Shown piece after piece: positions 1-8,721 of a DNA stretch of 64,000 bases. A program made the position numbers and the translations under genes. Origin of the DNA: Patescibacteria group bacterium. GTDB taxonomy: Bacteria; Patescibacteriota; Patescibacteriia; Patescibacteriales; UBA12465. Location: positions 262,945 through 326,944 of the forward strand of contig JBAZKQ010000001.1 in assembly GCA_041650715.1 (NCBI GenBank). Reading direction: 5' to 3'. Each line of letters begins with the position of its first letter. Position 1 is the stretch's first letter. A model generated the notes under the pieces. The model had not been told where the DNA came from and made no database searches. It saw only the letters and a list, made by a program, of their open reading frames with translations.

Positions 1-327
1 CCTTTCGAGCGAGAATTGATGACAGTCGCGACTGAACTCGATAGACAGATGTTTCCTTGGCCAGATTTAATTATTAGCTTAAAGGCCGATGCCAAGAAAA
101 TAGAGGAATTTGTCACGCGGCGCGGTCGGAGTTTTGAAATTAATAATGATGATTTTTTTGCTCGCTACGCGTCAATCCACGCTAAGCATGATGAATATTT
201 ACAAAGTTTCCAGATAGATAATGTCCTTTATGTCGATCGCAGTAAAATGGATTTTAAGTCGGGTGGCGACTTGGCAAGTTTGCTCGTTCGAATTGAGGAG
301 AAGTTAAAAAGTTTAGGCAAAATATAA
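1..327 (+). CDS. deoxynucleoside kinase family protein, C-terminal part (5' end lies outside the window)
   Basis: Frame 1 is open from base 1 into ORF-track ORF 16..327. WPDLIISLKADAKKIEEFVTRRGRSFE resembles the lid region of dNK/dCK-type kinases. The stop TAA (325-327) overlaps the next ATG (TAATG). Confidence 0.55.
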   Translation, partial: PFERELMTVATELDRQMFPWPDLIISLKADAKKIEEFVTRRGRSFEINNDDFFARYASIHAKHDEYLQSFQIDNVLYVDRSKMDFKSGGDLASLLVRIEEKLKSLGKI

Positions 328-935
328 TGGTGAGACATATAACGACGGCGGAAAAACAAATAAATTTAGCCGGAAAAAACATTAGTTATATTTTAAAAAT
401 AAACCCTAACGCCAAACATCTTCGTTTGGCGGTTTATGTTAATGGCGAATTAGTCGTTACTCAGCCGCGCTTTGTGTCGGCGAAAGTTGTAGAAAATTTT
501 ATTTTAAGCCAAGCGGAGTGGATTTTAAAAAAAATTAACAAATCAAACGGCAGTGAACTGGGCCTCTTAAATCGTTTAACGCGGCGCGACTATTTACGCG
601 ACCGGGCCGCCGCCCGGGAATTAATTAGCGCTCGTCTTAAGTACTATAATAGTATTTACCATTACGACTATGCCCGGCTTACTATTCGCAATCAAAAAAC
701 ACGCTGGGGGAGTTGTTCCAAACAGGGAAACCTGAGTTTTAATTTTCGTCTATTTTATTTACCGGCGCGTCTTCGGGATTACGTCATTGTCCATGAGCTC
801 TGCCATCTTAAAGAGTTTAACCATTCTGCTGAGTTCTGGCGCTTAGTGGCGAAGACTGTGCCGAATTTTAAGAATTTACGAAAAGAACTGCGGTCAAATC
901 TGAATGGGGCGGAGGCGGACGATACCCTCAATTAG
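327..935 (+). CDS. YgjP-like (DUF45/M48-like) metal-dependent hydrolase
   Basis: ORF track. TRWGSCS...YVIVHELCHLKEFNHS carries the HExxH zinc motif typical of the YgjP/DUF45 family. Confidence 0.85.
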   Translation: MVRHITTAEKQINLAGKNISYILKINPNAKHLRLAVYVNGELVVTQPRFVSAKVVENFILSQAEWILKKINKSNGSELGLLNRLTRRDYLRDRAAARELISARLKYYNSIYHYDYARLTIRNQKTRWGSCSKQGNLSFNFRLFYLPARLRDYVIVHELCHLKEFNHSAEFWRLVAKTVPNFKNLRKELRSNLNGAEADDTLN

Positions 936-950
936 ACGATATCCTCAATT

Positions 951-979
951 AAAAAAGGGGAATTGCAGCGCAACTCCCC
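951..979 (-). terminator. intrinsic terminator of the ORF-less minus-strand unit
   Basis: The minus strand reads GGGGAGUUGC-GCU-GCAAUUCCCC (one G-U pair) followed by UUUUUU (plus-strand A-run 951-956). Confidence 0.6.
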
Positions 980-1254
980 AGTAATCCCCTAAGGTCAAAA
1001 GAACACCATAGCCGCGTCAAGGTTCCGGTGCCCCGTCAAGCTGGAATTTGCCGTTTTTTTGTCGGTAAGAAGGGCCGACAAGGAATTCCCTATCGTCTCA
1101 GAGTCCATTTCAGGCTGGCAGCCTTGTTCAGACTCTAAAGGTTAAAGTTATGGCTGAGTAGTCATTAACTTAACCCGGGCTTCGATAAGCCTTCCAAACG
1201 GATTTTCCGCTTTGCGCGGGTTTTTCCCGCATATATTTTGCAATAATCTGTCAG
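951..1254 (-). ncRNA. candidate structured non-coding RNA (~300 nt), class unknown
   Basis: It is bounded by a TTGACA-17-TATTAT promoter and a strong terminator. It is visibly GC-richer than the flanking spacers and has many local helices. No ORF of 60 aa or more occurs on either strand. Confidence 0.45.
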
Positions 1255-1260
1255 AGTCTA

Positions 1261-1289
1261 ATAATACCATTATTATTATTCATTGTCAA
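1261..1289 (-). promoter_or_regulatory. sigma70-type promoter for the ORF-less unit
   Basis: On the minus strand, TTGACA (1289-1284), a 17-nt spacer, then TATTAT (1266-1261). Confidence 0.5.
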
Positions 1290-1354
1290 GAGATGATATT
1301 AGCCTCAAGTTATTCTGTCTCGTTTCGTATTAATTAGCGAGTCCTGGATAATTT

Positions 1355-1363
1355 TGTTATAAT
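1355..1363 (+). promoter_or_regulatory. extended -10 promoter upstream of sodB
   Basis: TGtTATAAT lies about 45 nt upstream of ATG 1409. Confidence 0.4.
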
Positions 1364-1408
1364 AATGTTATTAGATAATTAAAAATATAAATATTAACCT
1401 TTAAATTT

Positions 1409-2014
1409 ATGTTTACTTTAAAATCTTTAGCTTTTGCCAGCACGGCTCTTGAGCCGCATATCTCCGCCAAAACCTTAGAATTTCATTATGGCAAACACCA
1501 CCAAGCTTATGTTGATAATTTAAACAAATTAATCGCGGGCACCGAATTTGAAACCGCCGAGCTCGAAGAAATCATTATTAAAACCGCAGGTAGCGCTAAC
1601 CAGGCAGGAATTTTTAATAATGCTGCACAAACCTATAATCACGACTTTTTTTGGGCAAGCTTGCACCCGACGGCGGAAATTTCCGAACCATCCCCGGAAT
1701 TAAGCCTCATGTTAAACCAGGCCTTCGGCAGTCTGGAAAATTTTTATGACGAATTTAAAGCTGCGGCCTTAAGCCAGTTTGGTAGCGGCTGGGCTTGGCT
1801 GGTAGTCGAGGGCGGGGTTTTGAAAATTATAAAAACAGCAAACGCCGATACGCCGATAGTGCATGCTTTCAAACCGTTGTTAACGATTGATGTTTGGGAA
1901 CATGCCTACTATCTTGATTACCAAAATCGCCGCGCCGATTTTGTCGATGGCGTCATGCGGAATTTACTTAATTGGAATTTTGCTTCGACTAATTTGTCCG
2001 CCGCTCAGCTTTAG
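1409..2014 (+). CDS. sodB: Fe/Mn superoxide dismutase (Fe-type signature)
   Basis: [25 protein letters not shown] and [15 protein letters not shown] are canonical Fe/Mn-SOD motifs. Confidence 0.95.
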   Translation: MFTLKSLAFASTALEPHISAKTLEFHYGKHHQAYVDNLNKLIAGTEFETAELEEIIIKTAGSANQAGIFNNAAQTYNHDFFWASLHPTAEISEPSPELSLMLNQAFGSLENFYDEFKAAALSQFGSGWAWLVVEGGVLKIIKTANADTPIVHAFKPLLTIDVWEHAYYLDYQNRRADFVDGVMRNLLNWNFASTNLSAAQL

Positions 2015-2044
2015 TTTTAATTTAGACGTGTTTAAATATTTGCT

Positions 2045-2716
2045 ATGTACAAAAATCCCTATATCAAGATCAAGCCAAAAACTCTCAAGCCCTATACCGA
2101 ATTCTATTTAATCAGGCATTGCCATCCCGATTATACGACCGAAAAAAGTGTCGGCGAACGAAATATGCGCTTGTCCAAAAACGGCTTGGCCCAGAGAAAA
2201 TATCTGACAAAAAAATTAGTGACGATGAAATTTGATAAGGTTTACGCGAGCGAATTAGTACGCGCTCAGGAAACAGCACTTATTTACGCGCAGACTAAAA
2301 ATAAAGAAATAATTTTAGACAAACGTTTGAATGAGATTGATTGGACACATTGGTACAGAATAAAGTATTTTAATATGTCTGAGAAAAACCGAGAAAAAAA
2401 GCTTAAGCACCACAAGGAGTTGGACGCCGAGCTCGATAAAATGCAGACCGCCGCGAGGCGCGCTCTCTCGGACATTCACAAAAAAAATAAGGGTAAGAAA
2501 ATTGCGCTCTTTTCCCACGGAAATTTTATTAAGGCCTTGATTACCGGAATTTTGGACGCCGATGTGGTTGGCTTCCTTTCGCTCGAAATTTTTCAATCTT
2601 CAATTAGTAAATTAGTAATTGATCGTAACGGTTCCGTGAAAATTAATTACATTAATGACGTCGGCCACCTGCCTTCGCCTCCAAATGAAGATTTATTTCT
2701 TACCCTGATTGATTAA
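2045..2716 (+). CDS. histidine phosphatase (phosphoglycerate mutase-like) family protein
   Basis: It has an N-terminal YLIRHCHPDY (RHG-type catalytic His motif) and a later SHGNFIKAL. Confidence 0.7.
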   Translation: MYKNPYIKIKPKTLKPYTEFYLIRHCHPDYTTEKSVGERNMRLSKNGLAQRKYLTKKLVTMKFDKVYASELVRAQETALIYAQTKNKEIILDKRLNEIDWTHWYRIKYFNMSEKNREKKLKHHKELDAELDKMQTAARRALSDIHKKNKGKKIALFSHGNFIKALITGILDADVVGFLSLEIFQSSISKLVIDRNGSVKINYINDVGHLPSPPNEDLFLTLID

Positions 2717-2764
2717 TTTTTCTGATTTATTATTTGCCAAAAAATAATTGCCGAAAATAATTAA

Positions 2765-4273
2765 ATGCTAAACAAAAAATCGCTAAAATTTACTTGGTCA
2801 TCTCTTCTGCTCATTATTGTCATATTCGGGCTAAATTTTTCTTGGGCGCCAGCGGTGCAGGCGGCCAGTTTACAAGGACGGATATTATTGCAGGTTCAGG
2901 ATAAGGGCCAAGCTTGGTATGTTAATCCGCTCGATAGCCATCGCTATTATTTGGGTCGTCCGGACGATGCGTATGCTGTCATGCGGCGATTGGGTTTAGG
3001 CATTTCTAATACTGATTTTAATTCTTTTTCGATAACGACCGCGCCGGCGCGCTTAGCGGGGCGTATTTTGCTTAAGGTCCAGGACAAGGGGCAGGCTTAT
3101 TATGTTGATCCGTTAAATTTAAAATTATATTATCTTGGTCGTCCGACCGATGCTTTTGCCTTAATGCGCGCCAAAGGCTTGGGCATAACCAATAATGATT
3201 TGGCGACGATTCCCGTCGCATCTTTCAGTGCTCCCGTGAGCGCTCCGCTGATATCGACTGCGGCGCCGACTGTCGCCGACATTAGCGCCAGTTATAATTT
3301 TAAATATCAAAACAATAATTATAGTTTATCGCTGCCCTTGTCTGCGAGTCTGTATGATGCTTATAAAAACTCGCCGAAAGTTTATACCTATACGGCCGGC
3401 AATGAATCAGCTAATCTGCGTGAAGTTTTTTATGGTCTGTTTTTAAAAGTGCGAAGCAACGACACGTCGCTTGATGATCTTGTTTCACGATTAAAACAAA
3501 CGGCCGCGGCTAATTCTTGGAGCGACGATCAATTAGCTGAATTTACTTTGGCTTTTATCCAGTACATTCCTTATGATCAGGCGAAAGTGAGCGCTAACCC
3601 CGGAGTTAATAGCAATCCCTTTTTTCCGTATGAAACCTTATACCTGGATAAGGGCGTTTGCTCGGACAAAACTTTTTTGGCGGTCGATTTAATGCGTAAA
3701 TTGGGTTATGGCGCGGCCATCCTGGATTTTCCCGACCATGATCATACGGCACTTGGCATAGCCTGTCCCGCGCAATATTCGCTTAATGGCACCGGTTATT
3801 GCTATGGGGAAACTACCAATTATTTTCCGCTGGGGGTAATTCCGCAAAGTATCAGTAACGGTCAAGCACAAACCGTTAACGAATTTGATAATCTTTTTAA
3901 CGCCAGCAATTTAGGCCGGATAGAAATTTATCAGGCAACGGCGGGGAAAATTTATCAAGGCATGTCCGCCCTGCAAGCCAAGGTAGCAGCCCTTAAAGCG
4001 ACCAAAGACGATATTGGTGTCCGTCAGGCAGAGCTTACGAGCTTAGCTGATGCCTTGTCCGCCGAAGAAAGCCAAATTAATACCGTGAAAGCCCAGATGG
4101 AGGCTTATTATCAGGCCGGCCAAATTAAAGAATATAATAATTTAGTGGCTACCTTTAATAGTTTAGTCAATAAATACAATGCTGATTTGGCTATCTATCA
4201 GACAAAAGTTAACGATTATAATGCCGAAGTTGTCGCCTTCAATAATAGTTATCGACAATTTTATCAGCAATAA
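2765..4273 (+). CDS. secreted protein with a tandem N-terminal repeat domain, a transglutaminase-like Cys/His core and a C-terminal coiled coil
   Basis: Signal peptide ending AVQAAS. Two ~51-aa repeats GRILL(Q/K)VQDKGQA(W/Y)YV(N/D)P. DKGVCSDKTF...DHDHTALG looks like a TGase core. The C-terminus is heptad-rich. Confidence 0.5.
   Translation: MLNKKSLKFTWSSLLLIIVIFGLNFSWAPAVQAASLQGRILLQVQDKGQAWYVNPLDSHRYYLGRPDDAYAVMRRLGLGISNTDFNSFSITTAPARLAGRILLKVQDKGQAYYVDPLNLKLYYLGRPTDAFALMRAKGLGITNNDLATIPVASFSAPVSAPLISTAAPTVADISASYNFKYQNNNYSLSLPLSASLYDAYKNSPKVYTYTAGNESANLREVFYGLFLKVRSNDTSLDDLVSRLKQTAAANSWSDDQLAEFTLAFIQYIPYDQAKVSANPGVNSNPFFPYETLYLDKGVCSDKTFLAVDLMRKLGYGAAILDFPDHDHTALGIACPAQYSLNGTGYCYGETTNYFPLGVIPQSISNGQAQTVNEFDNLFNASNLGRIEIYQATAGKIYQGMSALQAKVAALKATKDDIGVRQAELTSLADALSAEESQINTVKAQMEAYYQAGQIKEYNNLVATFNSLVNKYNADLAIYQTKVNDYNAEVVAFNNSYRQFYQQ
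2876..3211 (+). repeat. in-frame tandem duplication encoding two copies of a ~51-aa module
   Basis: Copy 1 starts at aa 38 (nt 2876) and copy 2 at aa 99 (nt 3059). They share GRILLxVQDKGQAxYVxPL...YYLGRPxDAxAxMRxxGLGIxNxD. Confidence 0.8.
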
Positions 4274-4473
4274 TGGCCAAAAAAGTGCCGCTTTTAAGCT
4301 TTTTTGCTCCGATTTGGCCTTGACAAGCATCAATATTTCCTATATCTTTAGAGCAGGGGTTTAGCCTCTAAAAGCGACCTCTTTTTATTTACTAAATTAT
4401 CATGCTCCTCTAATTAATTTTCTTGTATAATATTTATATTATATGCGAGGGAGCAGACGAACAAAGAAAACAT

Positions 4474-5169
4474 ATGGTAAAAGTACCTCAATTAGAAGAC
4501 ATGCTTAAAGCCGGCATGCACTTCGGCCACCGCACAAATCGTTGGCACCCGAAGATGAAACAATTCATCTTTACTTCGAAAAATGGCATTTATATTATTG
4601 ATCTGAAGAAAACTCAGGATCAACTGCAACTTGCTTTAGAATTCATGGCCAAATTGGTCGCTGAAGGCAAAAGCATTCTTTTTGTCGGGACCAAAAATCA
4701 AGTTTCTGAGCCCCTAAAGAAATTGGCCGTAGAAATTGGCCAACCTTATATCGTCGGCAAATGGCTGGGCGGTTATTTGACAAATTTTACAGTCGTCAAA
4801 AAGTCCGTAAAGAAGTACTTGGATTTAATTGAAAAAAGAGACGGCGGAAAACTAGAAAAATATACGAAAAAAGAACGTTTGAATTTTGATCGGGAAATTA
4901 AAAAATTAGAAATGAGAGTCGGCGGCTTAACAGCTTTAAATAAGATGCCAGATGCCCTCTTTATTTGGGATATTAAAGAAGAAGAAACGGCCGTGCGTGA
5001 AGCGCAACAGAAGAATATTCCGATTGTTGCGATTTGCGATACCAATGTTAACCCGGAAGAGGTAAGTTATGCGATTCCGGCTAACGACGATTCCACTAAG
5101 ACAATCAAGCTTATTTTGGAATCAATCAAAGATGCGCTTGTCGAGGCCAAAAAGAGCATCAAGGCTTAA
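4474..5169 (+). CDS. rpsB: 30S ribosomal protein S2
   Basis: MVKVPQLEDMLKAGMHFGHRTNRWHPKM is a canonical S2 N-terminus. I chose ATG 4474 because track start 4423 lies inside a TATAAT-like promoter element. Confidence 0.95.
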   Translation: MVKVPQLEDMLKAGMHFGHRTNRWHPKMKQFIFTSKNGIYIIDLKKTQDQLQLALEFMAKLVAEGKSILFVGTKNQVSEPLKKLAVEIGQPYIVGKWLGGYLTNFTVVKKSVKKYLDLIEKRDGGKLEKYTKKERLNFDREIKKLEMRVGGLTALNKMPDALFIWDIKEEETAVREAQQKNIPIVAICDTNVNPEEVSYAIPANDDSTKTIKLILESIKDALVEAKKSIKA

Positions 5170-5196
5170 GATTAATAAAAATTTATATTTAACAAT

Positions 5197-5991
5197 ATGG
5201 AACTTATCAAGCAACTCCGCGAAATGACAGGCGCGGGCATGGTTGATTGTCAAAAAGCGCTCAAAGAAGCGGACAATGATTTAGAGAAGGCCGTGGATAT
5301 TTTGCGCAAAAAAGGTATTGCGAAAGCTGCCAAGCGCTTGGATCGTGACACCAAGGAGGGTGTGGTTAAAGTGGCTGTTAACGCCGAGCATACCGAAGCC
5401 TATATCTTAGAACTTAATTCCGAAACCGATTTTGTGTCGCGGAATGAAAAATTCCAAGCTTTTGCGGATTCAATTTTAGAATTAATTAAAACGCAGAAAC
5501 CGGCAAACCTCGAAGCTTTGCTCGCAAGCCACCTCGTTATCGGCACCGTCCAGGAAGACTTGGACAGCTTGAGCGGTACGATCGGTGAAAAATTAGGTCT
5601 TAAGAGATTTGATATTATAAGTGGCGCTACGGTTGCAGCTTATTCTCATTTAGGCGGAAAGATGGGCGTTCTGATCGCTCTGGACGGGGCACAAAAAGAT
5701 GAATTAGCGGCTGATTTAGCCATGCAAGTGGCCGCTGCTAATCCTAAATATATTTTACCTTCCGAAGTTGACCCGGCAGAAATGGACCGGGAGAAAGAAA
5801 TTTACAAGGAACAATTGATGAAGGAAGGCAAGCCGGCGGAAATGGTGGAAAAAATCGTGGCCGGTAAGGCAGGCAAATATTATTCGGAAGTTTGCTTGGC
5901 TGAACAGGAATATATAAAAGATGATAAAAAGAAGGTTAAGGATATTCTCGGCGGTATAAATGTTCTAAAATTTATTCGCTACTCTCTATAA
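5197..5991 (+). CDS. tsf: translation elongation factor Ts
   Basis: LREMTGAGMVDCQKALKEADNDLEKAVDILRKKG is the UBA-like N-terminus. The gene sits in the conserved rpsB-tsf arrangement. Confidence 0.95.
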   Translation: MELIKQLREMTGAGMVDCQKALKEADNDLEKAVDILRKKGIAKAAKRLDRDTKEGVVKVAVNAEHTEAYILELNSETDFVSRNEKFQAFADSILELIKTQKPANLEALLASHLVIGTVQEDLDSLSGTIGEKLGLKRFDIISGATVAAYSHLGGKMGVLIALDGAQKDELAADLAMQVAAANPKYILPSEVDPAEMDREKEIYKEQLMKEGKPAEMVEKIVAGKAGKYYSEVCLAEQEYIKDDKKKVKDILGGINVLKFIRYSL

Positions 5992-5998
5992 TTAATAT

Positions 5999-6024
5999 AA
6001 GCCGGTTCTTCCGGCTTATTATTT
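5999..6024 (+). terminator. intrinsic terminator after tsf
   Basis: AAGCCGG-TTCTT-CCGGCTT followed by ATTATTT. Confidence 0.6.
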
Positions 6025-6027
6025 AAC

Positions 6028-6840
6028 ATGATTTACGCACAAGTACAATTTGCTCCTTGGGATAAAGTTTATAATTTTTCCCTGGGCAAATCAGAAGCGA
6101 AAGTCGGTGATTTTGTCGTAGTTGAAACTGAACTCGGCCTGGAATTGGGCAAACTAATTTCAGTTGTTAATGAAGTTGCTCCGAAGGATGAACTGAGAGA
6201 ATTAAAACCGATAATGCGTAAGGCGGAATACGATGATCTCGCGCACCTACCCACTCCGGAAAAGAAAGTCGAAGCGCTCGATTTTTGCCAAGAAATGATC
6301 AAAAAATATAGTTTGCCGATGAAATTGGTTGATGTTCATTTTTCTTTTGAGGCTAACCGAATTAATTTCGCCTTTATTTCTGATGGTCGAGTTGATTTTC
6401 GGGAATTAGTTAAGGATTTGGCTTCCCATTTTGGGGTTAATATTAGATTAACGCAAATCGGCACCCGCGACGAAGCAAAAATTAAGGGCGATTGCGGCCC
6501 CTGCGGACGAGCTCTTTGTTGCCGCGGTTTTCTATCAGAATTTTCCTCGATTACTTCAGAAATGGCCGAGGCTCAGCAAGTGGTCCATCGCGGTTCGGAT
6601 AGAATATCAGGCATGTGTGGACGTTTAATGTGCTGCTTGTCATATGAATATGAAGGCTATAAGGATATGGCCGGCAAATTACCGCCCATCGGCACTAAAG
6701 TTAATGTCGATGGCACGCGTGGCGTGGTTACAGCGCATCATATTTTAAAACAGACGGTTGACGTGAAGATAAACGGGGATAAAGAGGGCGAGCGAGATGT
6801 TATTATCTCAGTTGATATTAATCGCCATAATAAAAAGTAA
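6028..6840 (+). CDS. PSP1 domain protein (YaaT/RicT-like)
   Basis: It has a PSP1-type N-terminal half plus the Cys clusters CGPCGRALCCRGF and MCGRLMCCLSYE typical of YaaT/RicT. Confidence 0.8.
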   Translation: MIYAQVQFAPWDKVYNFSLGKSEAKVGDFVVVETELGLELGKLISVVNEVAPKDELRELKPIMRKAEYDDLAHLPTPEKKVEALDFCQEMIKKYSLPMKLVDVHFSFEANRINFAFISDGRVDFRELVKDLASHFGVNIRLTQIGTRDEAKIKGDCGPCGRALCCRGFLSEFSSITSEMAEAQQVVHRGSDRISGMCGRLMCCLSYEYEGYKDMAGKLPPIGTKVNVDGTRGVVTAHHILKQTVDVKINGDKEGERDVIISVDINRHNKK

Positions 6841-6859
6841 AAAAATCTATATAAAAAAA

Positions 6860-6888
6860 GCGCCGTTTCGAGGAGACGGTGTTTTTTT
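6860..6888 (+). terminator. intrinsic terminator
   Basis: CGCCGT-N9-ACGGTG hairpin followed by T7. Confidence 0.6.
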
Positions 6889-6949
6889 ATATTCTATAAA
6901 AATATGCTATAATTCTGATTAGAATAAGCTATAAATAATTAAAATAAAT

Positions 6950-7963
6950 ATGAAGAAAATCAATCTCGCTATCAATGGCTTTGGCCGCATTGGCCGCGCC
7001 GCCGCCAAAATTATAAACGATCGTTTTCCGGCAATAAATATTGTGGCTGTTAATGATTTAACTGACCCGGCTACTTTGGCTCACTTATTACAATATGATT
7101 CTTGCTATGGCCGCTACGCGCATAAAGTTAGCGCTACTCGGGACTCAATAATTTTGGCAGGACGGAAAATACCGGTTTTGGCGATTAAGGATCCGGCTCT
7201 TTTGCCCTGGAAGGCTCTAAAAGTGGACGTGGTTTTGGAATGTACCGGGCGATTTACGAATAAAGAGGATTTAAATCTGCACTTAAAAGCAGGGGCGAAG
7301 AAGGTGGTACTCTCGGCACCGGCAAAAAAGGGTGGCGTGAAAACAATTGTGCTCGGCGTTAATGAAAATAAAATATTAGCGAGCGATCACTTATTATCCT
7401 GCGCTTCCTGCACCACGAATTGCTTGGCTCCGGCTACGATGGTTATCAAAGATAAGTTTGGTATTAAAAAAGCCTTGATGTCGACGGTGCATGCTTACAC
7501 GGCCGACCAAAACTTGGTTGACGGACCACATAAAGATTTACGGCGCGCGCGGGGTGCAGCGGTTAATATTATCCCGACTACTACCGGGGCCGCTTCAGCG
7601 GTAACTGAAACAATTCCGGCGTTAAAAGGGAAGTTTGACGGTATGGCCATTCGCGTTCCGGTTACTGTTGGCTCGCTTTGCGACGTTACCTATCTATTAA
7701 GCAAGAAAACCACGATCGAAGCGGTTAACGCCGAATTTGCTCGCGCGGCCAAGGGAAAGCTAAAAGGAATTCTGGAGGCCAGCAACGAGGACTTGGTTTC
7801 ATCGGATATTATTGCTAACCCTCATAGTTCAATTGTCGACCTGAAATCAACGGCGCTTGTCGGAGGTGATCTTTTAAAGGTGATCGCCTGGTATGACAAT
7901 GAATGGGGATATTCAAATCGCTTAGTCGAACTGGCCGTTTATTTAAACAAGTTTATTAAATAA
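6950..7963 (+). CDS. gap: type I glyceraldehyde-3-phosphate dehydrogenase
   Basis: INGFGRIGR NAD-binding motif, SCTTNCLAP active site and WYDNEWGYS C-terminus. Confidence 0.95.
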   Translation: MKKINLAINGFGRIGRAAAKIINDRFPAINIVAVNDLTDPATLAHLLQYDSCYGRYAHKVSATRDSIILAGRKIPVLAIKDPALLPWKALKVDVVLECTGRFTNKEDLNLHLKAGAKKVVLSAPAKKGGVKTIVLGVNENKILASDHLLSCASCTTNCLAPATMVIKDKFGIKKALMSTVHAYTADQNLVDGPHKDLRRARGAAVNIIPTTTGAASAVTETIPALKGKFDGMAIRVPVTVGSLCDVTYLLSKKTTIEAVNAEFARAAKGKLKGILEASNEDLVSSDIIANPHSSIVDLKSTALVGGDLLKVIAWYDNEWGYSNRLVELAVYLNKFIK

Positions 7964-7978
7964 ATAAATCATGAATAT

Positions 7979-8710
7979 ATGAAATTAGAAAATAAAGTTG
8001 CGATTGTCACCGGCGCCGCTTCCGGCATTGGCTTGGCGATTGCCGAGCGATTTTTGGCGGAAGGGGCCAAGCTTGTATATGCCGATCTTGATGGTTCGGG
8101 ACTGAAATTAGATGAGAGTCGAGCAATTTTTGTGAAGTGCGATGTGTCAAAATCGGTCGAAGTGGACGCCTTAGTCGCAGCCGCGGTTGCAAAGTTTGGC
8201 CGACTCGACATTATGGTTAATAATGCCGGTATTGGGTCGCTGGGTGGTCTCCTGGAAGTAACGGATGAATCCTGGGAACAAACTATGGGTGTGAATTTAT
8301 CTGGCGTATTTTACGGCGCGCGGGCAGCGGCACGCGTTATGAAAGAACGGCAGATTAGCGGCGTAATTATAAACATGAGTTCTATTCTTGGTCAGGTTGG
8401 CATGGCCGGTGCAATCGCCTACTGTGCGACTAAGGGCGGTATCGTGCAATTGACGCATGCCGGAGCGATAGACTTAGCTCCACTCGGAATACGCATGAAT
8501 GCCGTTGCCCCGGGATTTATTGCGACCAATATGACAAAGGGACCACTTGAAGATAAAAATTTTAAGGCGATGGTTGACGCCAATACGCCGCTGGGGCATG
8601 TCGGCGAAGTGAACGATATCGCTGCAGCTGCTCTTTATTTAGCGAGCGATGAGGCTAAGTATGTTACCGGGACGGTTTTATATGTCGATGGCGGTTGGAC
8701 GGCGCGCTAA
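7979..8710 (+). CDS. short-chain dehydrogenase/reductase (SDR) family oxidoreductase
   Basis: TGAASGIGLA (TGxxxGxG), NNAG and YCATKGG (YxxxK). Confidence 0.85.
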   Translation: MKLENKVAIVTGAASGIGLAIAERFLAEGAKLVYADLDGSGLKLDESRAIFVKCDVSKSVEVDALVAAAVAKFGRLDIMVNNAGIGSLGGLLEVTDESWEQTMGVNLSGVFYGARAAARVMKERQISGVIINMSSILGQVGMAGAIAYCATKGGIVQLTHAGAIDLAPLGIRMNAVAPGFIATNMTKGPLEDKNFKAMVDANTPLGHVGEVNDIAAAALYLASDEAKYVTGTVLYVDGGWTAR

Positions 8711-8721
8711 TTTAATTATCA

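Noticed and set aside
1170-1200. The plus-strand AACCCGGGCUUCGAUAAGCC resembles the RNase P RNA CR-V/P4 3' strand (ACAGAACCCGGCUUAUCGG in E. coli).
   Set aside because: There is no matching CR-I (GAGGAAAGUCCGGGCU) partner anywhere in 940-1300 and no P1 pairing of the ends. The region is too short (~300 nt). The promoter and terminator signals both indicate the opposite strand.
4423-4473. The ORF track gives longer N-terminal extensions for several genes: 4423 (rpsB), 18474 (rplA), 19840, 21587 (rsmI), 24272 (tsaC), 38455, 12284 and 33489 (dnaX).
   Set aside because: The extensions overlap upstream genes or promoter elements and encode residues unlike the conserved family N-termini. In each case a downstream ATG restores a canonical N-terminus.
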